NCBI GenBank assembly: GCA_004431415.1 | Contig: QPMI01000254.1 | Coordinates: 1-64,000, forward strand | Length of the DNA stretch: 64,000 bases | Direction: 5' to 3' | Source of the DNA: Cyanophora paradoxa CCMP329 | Taxonomy: Eukaryota; Plantae; Glaucophyta | Shown here: in pieces, positions 22,675-34,700 of the stretch | Layout: each line of letters starts with the position of its first letter | Position numbering within the stretch: the stretch's first letter is position 1 | Notes under the pieces: generated by a model | What the model was told of the DNA's origin: nothing | The model's input: only the letters and a program-made list of their open reading frames with translations | Database searches by the model: none | Position numbers and translations under genes: made by a program

Positions 22675-23941
22675 GCTCAAACCTATTGTGGAGCTCATTG
22701 GAGACAGCTCAGATCACAACCCAGCAGTGCGAAGGAAGAGCTCCGAAGTTTCGATCGCTCGACCGCGATCCAGCGGCGAGCAGATCTAGAGCTCTCCAGT
22801 ATAGTGACGTTGTGCTGCATCTTTTTGTCCTATTCAGCGCGTTTCCAGTGACGCCTCTCGAGATGAGCAATCGGCAGCCTGGAGCGTCAGCTGCGGCTGT
22901 CGGTGACCTCACGGCAAAATGCGTGCGCTTAGTCGCTTGCGTGCATTTGATTTCCCTAGGAATGCACCACCGATGCATTTGCCGCGCCGCGCCGCGCGCA
23001 GCTGCAGGTCGACGTGGTGCAGCAGTACTCGGCAAAGGAGCTCGAGGTGCGCTCTGTCTGGAGAGTCCGGATGAGCGCTCGCTGAGCATGTCACTACAGG
23101 AATCCGAGTCGGGGGGCGCGTCCGCTGACGTCGCACTCGACGACGCGGCCGCCGCGGCCGCTGAGGAGGAGCGCGCCGAGCTCGAGGGCTGCCCTTGCTG
23201 CAGCGCGTCTGCCAGCTCTTGCGCAGTTTCCGGAGACGCCGCCGGCCCGGCCCTGCTCTGAGCACCCGGCGGCTCGAGCGCTCCAAGCGCTCCGGCTAGC
23301 GCTCTCAGCACGCGTACGTCTCGCCGCGGCACACGTACGCCATCGTCACCCGCGGGTGTCCACACCCCGAGGCTATGACATGTTCCCCCCTTCCTGGCAC
23401 CGGCGCCTACCCTCGAGCTGCGCGCCAAGGCGCCAACAGCCAGGCCCGGCGATCGGCTCGGCACCAGGATCGTTGGACGCCACGACCAATCGCTTGATCA
23501 ATGTCTTTCATGAATCTAGAGTGTTCCATGTCCCGTTCTGTACCAGAAGGCGGCAGATGTCTGCGCCCACAATAGTCGCGAATTGCAAGTGAGGGCCTGT
23601 TGCACCGGCGACATGCACGGCAGAGCTACGGCGTGGCTGCGCATGCCGGGTTTAAGCCCGGTCCAGGCTCGCCGCACTCTCCAGCTCCGTCCCCAGCGCC
23701 GCGGCCGCCGCGGCCGCCGCGGCCGCCCCGACCGCGCTGGCCGCGCTGGCCCCGCGCGCTGGAGGCCCCGCCCACACTCTCCGCCCGCTCCAACGGCCCC
23801 TCCGCAGCCTCCGCCGCTCGCGGGGCCGGCCGGCCCGGTCCCTGTGGCTGCGCGGGGATGCCAGCGGCAATCCGAGGCCGGCGGCGGTGGCAGTCCGAGG
23901 CCCGGAGGCGGTGGCAATATGCCCGCGGGGGCGGGGCAGAG

Positions 23942-25608
23942 CTAGCCGCCGCCCCGGCCGCCGCACCGCCGGGCTCCGCGGCGTCGCCCCGCCGCGGCCG
24001 CGCGCCGAGCCGCCCCCGCCGCGGGCGCCGCCGCGCTGGCCCGCCCTCCGACGGCCGGGGCCGCCTCAGCTGCCGCCGGCGCCTCCGCCTCGGCGAGGGT
24101 CCGCAGCGGGGCGCGCTGCCCGCCCGCCTCCTCGCGCGGCGGCCCGCTGGGGGCCGCCTCATGCCTCTCCCCGGCCCCCGGCCGCCGCCGCGGCCGCCAC
24201 CGCGACCGCCCCCGCGTCCGCTGCCGCTCCGCCCAGCCGCCGATGCCGGCCTGCCGGCAGCTTCTGGCGCAGGGGCGCCGGTGGGCGCCGGCTCTGGCGC
24301 CGCCGCACGCGGGGGCCCCGCGGCTCGTTCCGCCCGCGGCGTCCCCTCCCGCGGCCGCCGCGGCCGCCGCCGGGGCGGCTGGGAAGTCTCCGGGGGGCTC
24401 GGCGCCGGGAGAGGCGGGCGGTGCGAGGAGCGCGAGGTCGTTGCGAACCTGCGGGCGGCCGTCAGCTGCAGTCCGGCCGCCGGCGCCGGGCGGCCCGCAG
24501 CGCGGCGCGCGCACGAGCATCACGCCCGAGGCGTCCGCCGTGCTCCGCGACTCGAAGAGCCCGTCCCGCGCCCTGCGCCCCGCCGCACCTGCAGTGAGCC
24601 GCCGAGCGCCGCCCGAGCCGGCCGGGGCGGGGTGGGGCGGGGCGGGGTGCGGACCGCTGGCGCTGGAGGCCGGCCTCGTAGCGGCGCTGGATGGCGCGGA
24701 GGGCGGCGCTGGCCTCGAAGTTGGGGGCGCCCGGCGGGGCGTACGTGGCCGGTGAGAGGTCGACCCCCGCCGCCTCGCGCTCGAGGAGGCCCAGGACCCG
24801 CAGCGGCGCCGTCTCCTCCTCCCCGAGGGGCGTCCGGCACGTCGGGCACGGCGGCTCCCTGCCGCCCCCGCCCCCTCGCCCCGGCACGGCAGGACGCGCG
24901 GGCGGCTCCGGGCGGGCGGGACGCACGCGGGGCGGGCCTTGGCCCTCTCCTCGCGCTCCCAGGGCGCGAGGAGGTGCACCATCGTCTGGTCCCGCGCCTT
25001 CGCCTCCCCCCGCTTGAGCTCGTAGGCGCACCAGCGCGCCAGGCACGTGTTGTGGAACGAGTGGTAGCACGCCGTCCGGCAGAAGCCTGCCGCTGGGGTC
25101 GGCGGGGCGGTCTCGGAGCCGGCCCGGCAGGGCGGCCGCGGGGCACCGGAGTCGGCGTCGGCGAGGGGCTCGAGGCAGATGGCGCAGCTGCCTGTGGGGC
25201 CCCTGTCGTTGACGGAGGAGAGGAAGTCCTTGGCCTCCGTGATCAGCTGCGGCCCCCCGCGCGTCGGGCGCCGCCCGCTGAGCCCACACTGGCCCCGCGC
25301 CGGCGCACCGCGAGGAGCGCTAGCTCCCCTGTAAGCTCCTTGACCTTGGCCTGCAGGACGCGGTCCAGCTCAACTGCCGCCGCGTCGTCCAGGCCGCGGC
25401 AGCTCCGGACGGTGCAGCGCGGCGGCTCCTTCGGGTACGCGGCCGGGAGATCGAACGCAATGTCGGCGCGCACGAGCTTTACTCCGACGCCTTCCTCAGC
25501 AGCTGGGTGCGCGCGGAAGAGGATTCGGGAGCTGTCCACGTTGAGCTCCTCCTTATCAGGGAACATCGCTTCGAGCAGCTCTATCTCTTGCTTTCGCTCC
25601 TCCTCCAT
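23942..25608 (-). CDS. RWD-domain RING-H2 E3 ubiquitin ligase (RNF25/AO7-like); 3' end approximate
   Basis: RWD MEEERKQEIELLEAMFP...LPAAYPKEPP; RING CAICLEPL...TACYHSFHNTCLARW...PCPTCRTP. Confidence 0.8.
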
Positions 25609-25838
25609 TACGCTGCTCGTTCGCTATTCTGCGCACTAGCGCTGCTGCGTCAATTCTTGCGTCGGATGACCGCCCTGCTGGTGCTGTGCCGTCGAGTGCT
25701 CGGTGAGCGCAGTCTTCCGCCGAGCCGTCGGACGGCCTCGGGTCGACGTCGACGTCGCAGCTGCTGGCGAAGCCCCTCGCCGGAGTACCCCGCGCGGCCT
25801 GATAGGACCTGTACGCCCAGTTTTGTCGTTGTTTCTCA

Positions 25839-25911
25839 TCCCTCGTAGTCTAGCTGGTTAGGATAACGCGCTCTCACCGCGTAGACCCGGGTTCAAGTCC
25901 CGGCGAGGGAA
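25839..25911 (+). tRNA. tRNA-Glu (anticodon CTC), identical second copy
   Basis: Identical to 22476-22548, with the same TTTTT terminator. Confidence 0.97.
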
Positions 25912-26373
25912 TCTTTTTCGCCGCCAGTGACCGCGGTTCGAATCCCCGCAGGCCCACTTCTGCGGCGGCGGGGTTCGGAGCGCGCGCGGGCCCTCCGGCT
26001 CCCGATCGGGTTTTCGACCGTGAAGCGCTTGGCGACACAGTCGCCGACACTGCAGTCTGCATTGACTCTGCAGTTGACTCTTAGAGCTGAATCGCGATAT
26101 CGATCGGATATTGCATGATCCGAAGCTCTGTGAGGCATAGTTGGATACAGTTTGGCTCAGCGGCTGAGTTTTTGTGAACTCTCCCGCTTCGAATAGCATC
26201 CGGCTCCCAGCACGCGCGCCAGCCCGGCTGCGTACGTGCACGCGCGCGAGGCGGCAGCTGCAGCTGCAGGGTGCCGCTGCAGAAGGAGCGACTCGGCGAC
26301 TCGCAGGCGGCCATTGTTGCGAAGCTAGCTCAGCGCAGGCTTAGGCTGTGGCAGCTGTGGTTCAAGCGCGGCC

Positions 26374-29300
26374 ATGGCGACCCAGCAGAGCGGCATAGAC
26401 TACCTCCGAGTGTGGAAGCCAGTGTTGGTTTCGGCGCTCATAGGTGAGCCCCCGCTTGCTGCATCGACATCATTGCCTTCGCGTGCTGACTCCGGTGCGT
26501 GTGCGTGTTCCTGCAGACATGCTCAGGAGTAACCCGCAGTCTGGATATGAGTTCCTCTCCACTTGGTTCTACAAGTGTGCACCCGCACCGGCATCTGCGC
26601 GCACATCCTTTTGCGTCCCACTTGGCCAACGTCATGATCAAATTCAAAATCCCCAGACACGACCCCACCAAGGGCGGCGCTGAGAACGCGGAGGACCCGA
26701 TCGAAGGGATGAGCAAAGCAAAGGTTCGCGCAGCGATTACGAGCGCTTGCGCGTGCGGCACGCAGCGGTTCAACGCGGCGCGCGCACGGCAGGACGAGGC
26801 GCACAAGCTGCAGGACCAGCTGAACGCTGCAAACGCGGCCGTCTCGGCGAAGGATTCCGAGATCGCGTCGTTGAAGACACGCATCGAGGAGGCGAAAGCG
26901 AGCGCGGGCTCTGCGCCCTCCGGCAGCGTGCGCGCGCGCCCTGCTTTCCCCCCGCCCCCACCCCTCTCCCCCTCCTTCTGCGCCTGCTTCCCCCCCCCCC
27001 GCCCTGCCCCCCCCCCCCCCCCCCCCCCCTCCGGCAGCGTGCGCGCCCTGCTTCCCCCCTCCCCCCCTCCCCACCTTTTCCCCCCCCCTCCCTCCCCCTC
27101 CCTCCCCTCCCCCCCCTCCCCCACCTTCCCCCGCGGCCCGGCGAGCTCGCGATCGCGCGCGTCGCGAGCGAACGGGGGCGCCGTGCGGCAGGCGGAGGCG
27201 GACGAGGGGACGGCGAAAGCGACGGCGGCGGAGGCGGCGGAGCAGCAGCTGGCGTCCGTCACGGCGGCGCTGCAGGAGAGAACGGCGGAGGCGAGCGAGC
27301 ACGAGGCGCGCGCCGCGAGGGCCGAGGCCCACGCAGCCACCCTCAGGCCCAGGCGAGCCCGCCCGCCCGCGGCGCCGCCGCAGCGGCGCGGCGACCGCGG
27401 GCGGGGCTGAGGCGTCGTTCGGCAGGTGGAGGAGCTGCAGTCGCTGCTGGAGCACGCGAACGAGAGCAAGGAGGAGCTGACGGGCCACGTGCTCGAGCTG
27501 CGCAACCAGGTCGGCGAGCTGCACAGCCTGATGGACCACGCCAACGAGAGCAAGGACGAGCTCACCACGCACGTCCTCGAGCTCCAGGCGAGGCTCGACG
27601 CCGCCCTCTCCGGGGCCGGTGTCGCCGCGCCCCCGCTCCCCGAGGTGCACCGCCCGCCCCGGGCCGAGCCGCGGGGCGGGCGGGGGCCGACGCTGGCTGG
27701 GGGCGCATGCAGCACGAGGCGGCCACGGCGGAGTCCGGCAAGGAGGACTTCCCCGTCGAGGTCCGCGGCCGCCCGCCCCGGCCCCCCGGCCCCGCCCCTT
27801 CCCGACGCCGCCACGCAGGAGGCCAAGGGCGAGGAGTCCGCCCCGCCGCCGCCGGCCGAGGAGCCCAGGCCTGCGGAGGAGAAGGAGGAGGAGGCTCCCG
27901 CCGCGGTGCGGCTGTGGGCTGGACGCGAGCGGCGAAGTCTGACGCGATCGTAGGAGGCCGTAGCCGAGGGGGCGGAGCCGGGGCCGGCGGCGGCGGCCGA
28001 GGGAGGGGAGGATGCGGACACGGGGAGCTGCAGCAGCCTCAGCACGGACAGCGACAGCGACGCCGAGGATCCGCGCATGCAGCGGATGCGGGCGATGAAG
28101 CTGCGGATCAAGCGGCGGGGGGAGGTGCGGGTCTTCCTCTCGTCGACCTTCCAGGACATGCGGGGGGAGCGGGACGCCTTCCGCGCCCTCGTCTCCAGCA
28201 AGATGAGGGGCCTCTGCGCCGAGCGCGGCCTCTACTTCCACCTCGTCGACCTGTGCGCGGAGTTGAACGCTAACGCGGCTCGCGCGCGAACGTTGAATGC
28301 GAACGCGCGGGGCGGCAGGCGCTGGGGCATCACGGGTGAGGAGGCGACGTCGGGCGAGGTCACTCGCCTCTGCCTCGAGCAGGTCCGCATGCCCCTCCCC
28401 GACCGATATCGATCGCGTACCCCTTTCCAGAGCGCCCCCGAACCCCGAGCAGGTTCAAAAGAGCACGTACTTCGTCTGCATCCTCAAGGGTGCGCACAGT
28501 TGCACCTTGGATTCGCCGGCTCAGTCCGGGATCTGCTCACCCTCGCACCGCGGCCGCGGCAGGCCGCTACGGGTGGCACGACACGTCCTTCAGCAGCGCC
28601 GGCGCCGCCGGCGCGAAACCGAACGAGGCCGACGCCCTCTTTCGAAAGCGCGCCGTCGGTTTGATCCGAGCCCGATCTCCAGCCGGCGGCCGCCGCGGGG
28701 GCCTGACGCGTGGACGCCCCGCAGGAACCTGGAGATCGCGGAGCGGGGCGGGTTCGGGGGCGTGCGGCAGTGGGCCGACCGCAGCGTCACAGAGATTGAG
28801 ATCCGCGAGGGGGTGCTCTCCCGCCTCCAGGTGCTCCCCCCGCCCACCCCCCACCCCCTCCCCTTCTTCCCACCACACCTCCGCGCCCTTTTCCCCCTCT
28901 AGCTCTTAGCCCTCCCCCCCCCCCCCTCCCCTCCCCTCCCTCCCCCCCCCCCTCCCCGCCCGCCTCGCTCGCCCTCGGTCGTGCCGACGCTTGGATGGCA
29001 GGAGGCGAAACACACGAGCCTCTTCTACTTTGCGTCGGAGGCTGTAGCTCAGGCCTCCCGCGAGGCCGACGCCGCCGCCGGGAGGGGCGAGGGCCCGTAC
29101 GCCATCGAAAGGCTCGCGGTTCGCGTCCACCCTCTCCCGCCGCTGCCGGCCGAAGCTTCGAGATCGAGACCAAGATCGAATGCACCGGGCGCGCAGGCGC
29201 TGAAGGAGGAGATCCGGGCGTCGGGCGTGCCGATGGAGGAGTACTCGGACTGGAAGTGGCCCGCGGCCGCCGCCAGCGAAGCCCTCGCCGATGCGCGCCA

Positions 29301-29689
29301 ACCGCGATCTCCCTCCGCACCAAAGTTCCGTCGTGCCTGACCCGCGGGGCGCGCAGAAGCTGCGGGGGGACTTCGCGCTCAACGCGCGCAGGGACGGCTT
29401 CGGCCGCTACCAGGCGCGCCCGCCCGCCCGCCGCTGAGCCTCGCGATCGCGGTGACGCGCGCGCGCGGCGCGGGCGGGTGCAGGCGGGCTTCGCGGCGGG
29501 CTTCCGGCGCGTGTACGCGGGCGACGGGGCGGACGAGGCGGCGCTCGGGCGTACGCCGCCGCCGAGGGCCCGAGGCGCGTGCCTTTGCTTCGGCTCTGGC
29601 GCGCGCGCGCAGACGGGCGGCGCGCAGGTCCTGCTGCTCACCGGCGAGAGCGGCTGCGGCAAGACAGGCCCGCCCCTACCCCGCCCCTT

Positions 29690-29720
<31 letters not shown>

Positions 29721-31447
29721 TCCTCCCGTGCCCCCACTTTTCGCCGACCCGGGCCGGGGCAGCGCTGCTGGTGAACTGGGCCGAGGCGTGGAGGCGGGGC
29801 ACCCCTCGGACCTGGTGCTCGTTCACTGCGCCGCGGCCACCTGGGAGAGCTGCGAGCTCTCCAACCTCCTCTTGTGCGCCCGCCGGCCTGCAGACCTCGC
29901 CGCTCCCGAGCGAGCCGGCGCGCGCGCGCGCGCAGCCGCCTGAGGGACGCGCTGCGGGGCGCCGGCATGGAGGGCTTCCCCGAGCTCGAGGGCGCCGGGC
30001 GGCTGGACGACGAGGAGGCGCCCGCCCCGCCCCGCCCCCGCCCCGCCCGCTCCCCGCCGACCCGCGCCCCGCGCATGCGCGTGCGCAGGCGGCGGGGCTT
30101 GTGCGGCGGTGCTGGAGAAGGGGGCGGGGGCGTGGCCGCGGCGGCTCGTCCTCGCCGTCGACGACCTCGACCTCCTGGGCCGCGGCCTGCCCCCGCCCTC
30201 GCCTGGCTCCCGCCGCCGCCGGGCCCCGCCTCCGCATCCTCGCCACCTGCCTGCCGGCGCCATCCCCGCGGCGGCGCGTGCGGCGGGCCGGCCGCTCGTG
30301 GAGCGCACGCCGGCGCCCCTCGACGCCGCCCGCCGGCGCCTCGTCGTCGACGGCATCCTCCAGGCGCCCCCGCCCGCCCGCCCCCGCGGAGCTGCCCGTG
30401 CCTCGCGCTGAGGCCTTGGGCGGGCCGGGGCAGGGCCAGGGGAAGCGGCTGCGGAAGGAGGAGCACGGGCGGGTGACCTCGGCGGGGGCGTGCGAGAGCC
30501 CGCTGTACGTGGCGCTGCTGCTGGAGGAGCTCGCCCAGCGCTCCATCCACGACAACCTCGAGCAGGCGCGAGCGGGCGGGCGGGCGTCGTCCTGGCGGGA
30601 TCGATGTTTATCCCCGCGGCAGGACCTGGGGGCGCTGCTGGGGAGCGGGACGCCGGCGGGGCTCCTGCGGCACGTGCTGCGGCGCCTCGGCGAGGAGCAC
30701 GCCCCCAGCGCCGCCCGCAAAGCCCTCTCCGCCCTCCTCTGCGCCCGCGCCGGCGCCGGCCTCGAGGCGCGCTCGCGTGCCCCCCACCCGGCACCGGCCG
30801 CTGGCAGAGTCGACGAGGAGCTCACGGGCCGGGGCGGCAGATGCCGGAGCTGATGGATTTCTGCGGGGCGCTGATGGAGGAGCCGATGCGGGGGGACGCG
30901 GACCCGGAGGAGAGCCCGCCCGGGACCCCGACCCTGGGCTACGGCCCCGGGTGGCGCCCCCCCCGGGTGGACGCCCCCACGCCGTGGGCGCTCCTCTGGG
31001 CCAACATCGAGCCCCTCGTCGTCTGCTTCCGCGCCCGCGACGGTGCCCCAGCCCGCCCCCTCCGATCCCGGGCCGCCGCGCTAAAAGACCGGGCAGAGAG
31101 CGGGAGGACGGTGGCGCTGCACCGGCTCACCCACTGCGCGGCCGAGGTGCGGGCGCCCCGCGCCGGCCCCGCCCGCCGCCGGCGCTCTGTTGCGAGGCGC
31201 GGTGCCCCGGCAGGCGGTGGGGGAGGAGTACGGGCTGGGGGCGGAGGCGGCGGCGCGGGCGGTGCGGGACGAGTACGACGCCTTCCTCGAGACGAAGCGC
31301 GGCGCCCCGCTCTTCCACGCCGAGACGCGTGCCCCCGAGGAGGAGGCGGAGGCGGAGGCGGAGGCGGCGGCCCTCCGCGCCTTCCTCGCCGCGCAGGCGG
31401 AGGGAGGGGGAGAGGCGGGCGGCGCCGATATCGATACCCTCAACTAG
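26374..31447 (+). CDS. Dpy-30/RIIa-like motif + coiled coil + DUF4062 + NACHT-type P-loop protein (NPHP3/TEP1/NWD-like core)
   Basis: DUF4062: VRVFLSSTFQDMRGERD...FHLVDL|RWGIT...LCLEQ|VQKSTYFVCILK|GRYGW...SVTEIEI. Walker A LLLTGESGCGKT; Walker B LVLAVDDLD; SPLYVALLLEEL. Several apparent frameshifts in the 3' half. Confidence 0.75.
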
Positions 31448-31775
31448 TGCCGGGGCTTAGTCGAGGACATGCGCATATGCGCGCGCGCATGTTTCCCCCG
31501 CCAGCCCCAGCGCTAGCCCGGGCGCAGGCGCCGGCCGCGGCTGGTCCGCAGCTGTGTTGCGAATGACAGCGGCGGAGAGGGACATGAATTAATCGCGTTT
31601 ACTTAGATTCTCAATAGAACGTACTAGTACTAGTACTTTGAAAAGAATTCGAAGAAGCGGACGGCACATTGCGAATTCGAACTACCAGCTGAACGACGTC
31701 GACCTACCCTACATCTAAGCTGCGACGACTCGAGAGACATGCGCGATGGACTACAAACAGCATCGGACTAGTTAC

Positions 31776-34700
31776 TTACACGGAGCCGGCGACCGAGGGG
31801 CGGAAGAGGACGGATCCGGAGGCGCCGGAGAAGGCCGAGGGGGCCGACGCGGGGCTCGTGAGCGTGCTTCCGCTGCCGAGGCTGGTGATACTGCCCTCGC
31901 GGGCGCGGGCGAGGGCGGCGAGGGGGTAGGCGGCGTGCGGGAAGAGGGGGCTCCACCCCCGGAGGATGCCCTTGGCGGCGAGCACGGAGGCGCCCTCCGC
32001 CTCGGCGGCCGCGTCCCCCGCCGCGGCGCCCAGCGCCGAGAGGGCGAGGCCGCGCACCGTCTCCAGGCCCCGCCGCCCCGCCTCCTTCGCCGCCCGCCGG
32101 AACGACCCCGCGCCCGCCGCCGCGCCCCGCGCTCGTCGGCGGCGGCGCGGGGACGGCCGCGCCGGAGGCCTTGCCGGTGACGGCGGGGCGGGGCCGGGGC
32201 GGGGGGCGGGCGGGGGCGGGGGCGACGCCCTCGTAGTACTCGCGGACGCCGCGGACGAGGGCGAGGGGCCCGGCGCCCAGCTCGAAGGCCCCCGCGTACT
32301 GCCGCATCAGCCGCTCCGCGCGCGCCACCAGCCGCGCCGCCGCCGCCGCGTTCTGCGGCTCGGCCTCCTCGCCGCGGGCGCGGATCCAGAGGCGGAGGGC
32401 GAGGAAGCAGAGGGTGAGGTGCAGCTGGATGGCGTACGGCTCGGTCTGCCGCAGCGGCTCCAGCAGGGCGAGGGCGCCCTGGAGGGCGGAGACGGCCGAG
32501 AAGGCGTCCCCGCGGGCCAGCCGCTCCTCCCCCGTCACGATCGCCGTCCGCGCCTGCAGCCGCGGGTACCCTGCGCCGGCGAGCCTCGGCGGGGGCGGGG
32601 AGGGCGGGGGCGGGGAGGGCGGGGAGGGGCCGGACCGGAGAACTTGCCGGCGGCGAGGAGGCCCTGGAAGGGCTTCAGCTCGCGCCGCCACACGTCTGCG
32701 CGGGGCCGCCGGGGCGTCAGCGGAGCGCGGGGCGGGTGCTGGGAGGGGGCGGGAGGGGCGCGCCTGTGTCGCCGGTCATGGCGCCGATGTCGAGGAGCTC
32801 GGCGTGGGCCCAGCCCTGCACCACGCTGTCCCCCCGCTTCGTCGCTGCCCGCGCCCCGCGAGAGGGCGTTCAGGCAAGGCAGAGAGAGATAGAGGGAGAG
32901 GGAGGCGGGGCGGACCGACGGCGAGGATGGAGGCGAAGCGGGCGCGGGAGACGGCGAGCGGGGTGCGCCACTGCATCTCGGCGGAGCCGGTGACGGAGCA
33001 GAGCTCGCCCTCGCGGCGCATGTAGCAGAGGCGCTGGGCGGCGGCGAAGCCCTCCTCGCCGACCTCGACGAGGGCGGCCCACTCCCCCGCGCAGTAGTGG
33101 AGCATGCACGCGCAGAGGGCCACGTACGTCCACGCCGCCACCGCCCCCTCCCCGGCCTGCCCGGGGGGCGTTGGCGGCAAAGGGCAACGGGGGAGGCGGG
33201 GGCGGGGGCCCCACCTGGGCGAGGGCGTCGCGGGCGCGGCGGAGGTACGAGCGCGCCGTCGGGAAGAGCTTCAGCACCGCGCACGTCGCCTGCCCCGCCG
33301 CCCCCGCCGCGTCAGGCCTGTCGGGCGGGGGCGGGGGCGGGGGCGGACGGCGGCGTTGGCGAAGGAGCGGGCGAGGTCGACGGGGGAGCCGAGGCGCTCG
33401 GCGAGGTTGAGGGCGGTGAGCATGGCGAGCAGCTGGCCCTCCACGTCCCCCTGCAGGAAGCACGCCTGCGCCAGCTGGTCGTAGCACCCCACCGCCTGCG
33501 CCAAGGGCGTGAGGCGCGAAGTAACAACGGGGGCGGGGGAGGGGGCGGACGGTGGAGACGTCGGGGTCGCCGGCGCGGCGGCCGGCGACCCAGCGGCGCG
33601 GGGCGGCGCGCTGGAGGGCCTGGACGGCGACCTGGCGGGCGACGCCGAGGCCCATGCCGCCCCGCGTGCGCGGGAAGGGCCGCCCCAGCAGCGCCAGCGC
33701 CGCCTCCAGGTGCTCCCGGCACGCCGCCATCGAGCCCGTCGCGAAGTGCGCCTCGCCGAGCCGCAGCGCCAGCCGCGCCTTCGAGGCCGCCGGGTGCGCC
33801 CCCGGGGCGATCGCGAGCGCCCGCGCCGCCAGGGCGATCACCTCGCGCCCCGCGTGCGCCCGCGCCGCCTCCTCCGCCCCCTTGGAGAGGTACTCGACGG
33901 CCTTGGGCGCCACGTCGGCCGCCTCGAAGTGGTGCGCGAGCAGGGCGTAGTAGTCGGGGTCCTCGGTGCCGTACTGCTCCTCGATGAACTCGCCGACGCG
34001 GGCGTGGACGGCCTGCGCCTGGCTCTTGAGGAGGAGGTGGTAGGCGACGTCGACGACGAGCTGGTGCTTGAAGACGAAGGCCTGGCCGGCCCCCGCGCCC
34101 AGCACCCCGCCCTCGCCGCCGCCGCCCTCGCCCTCGTCCTCGTCGGGGTGGATGAAGTCGGCCTCGGCGAGGCTGTCGAGGTCGTCCAGGAGCGCCTCCC
34201 GGGGCACGGGCATCGGGTAGACGCGCCACAGCACCTCCGAGTCGAAGCAGCGGCCCAGCACGGCCGCCACCTTGAGCGCGAGCTGCTGCGAGGCGTCCAG
34301 GCGGTCGATGCGCGCCACGATGACCCCCTGCAGCGAGTCCGGCAGCGAGGCGAGCACGCCCCCGCTCTGCGCCGTCTCCAGCTCGAACGTCACCGAGCCC
34401 CGCCGCCCCTCCGCCCCGGGGCTCAGCGCCCCGGCGCCGGCCCCGGCCCCGGCCTCCCCGCCCAGCGGGGAGAGCTCGGGGATGCCGCCGGCCCCCGGGG
34501 CCCCGGCGGCCCCGGCTCCAGCAGCGGGCTCGGCGGGGGCGAGGCGGACGGCGCCCTTCTCGAGGAGCATGGAGAGGAGCTCCTCGGTGAAGAGCGGCCG
34601 CCCCTGCGCCTTGGCGTACAGGAACTCCACGAGGGCGTCGGGCGGCTCCGAGCCCAGCAGCCGGTCCGCCACCTGCGCCCGCGTCTCCTCCCGCGAGAGC

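Noticed and set aside
22863-23261. Possible small spliced gene between the tRNA and the RWD-RING gene
   Set aside because: I could not build a consistent exon chain or recognise a domain.
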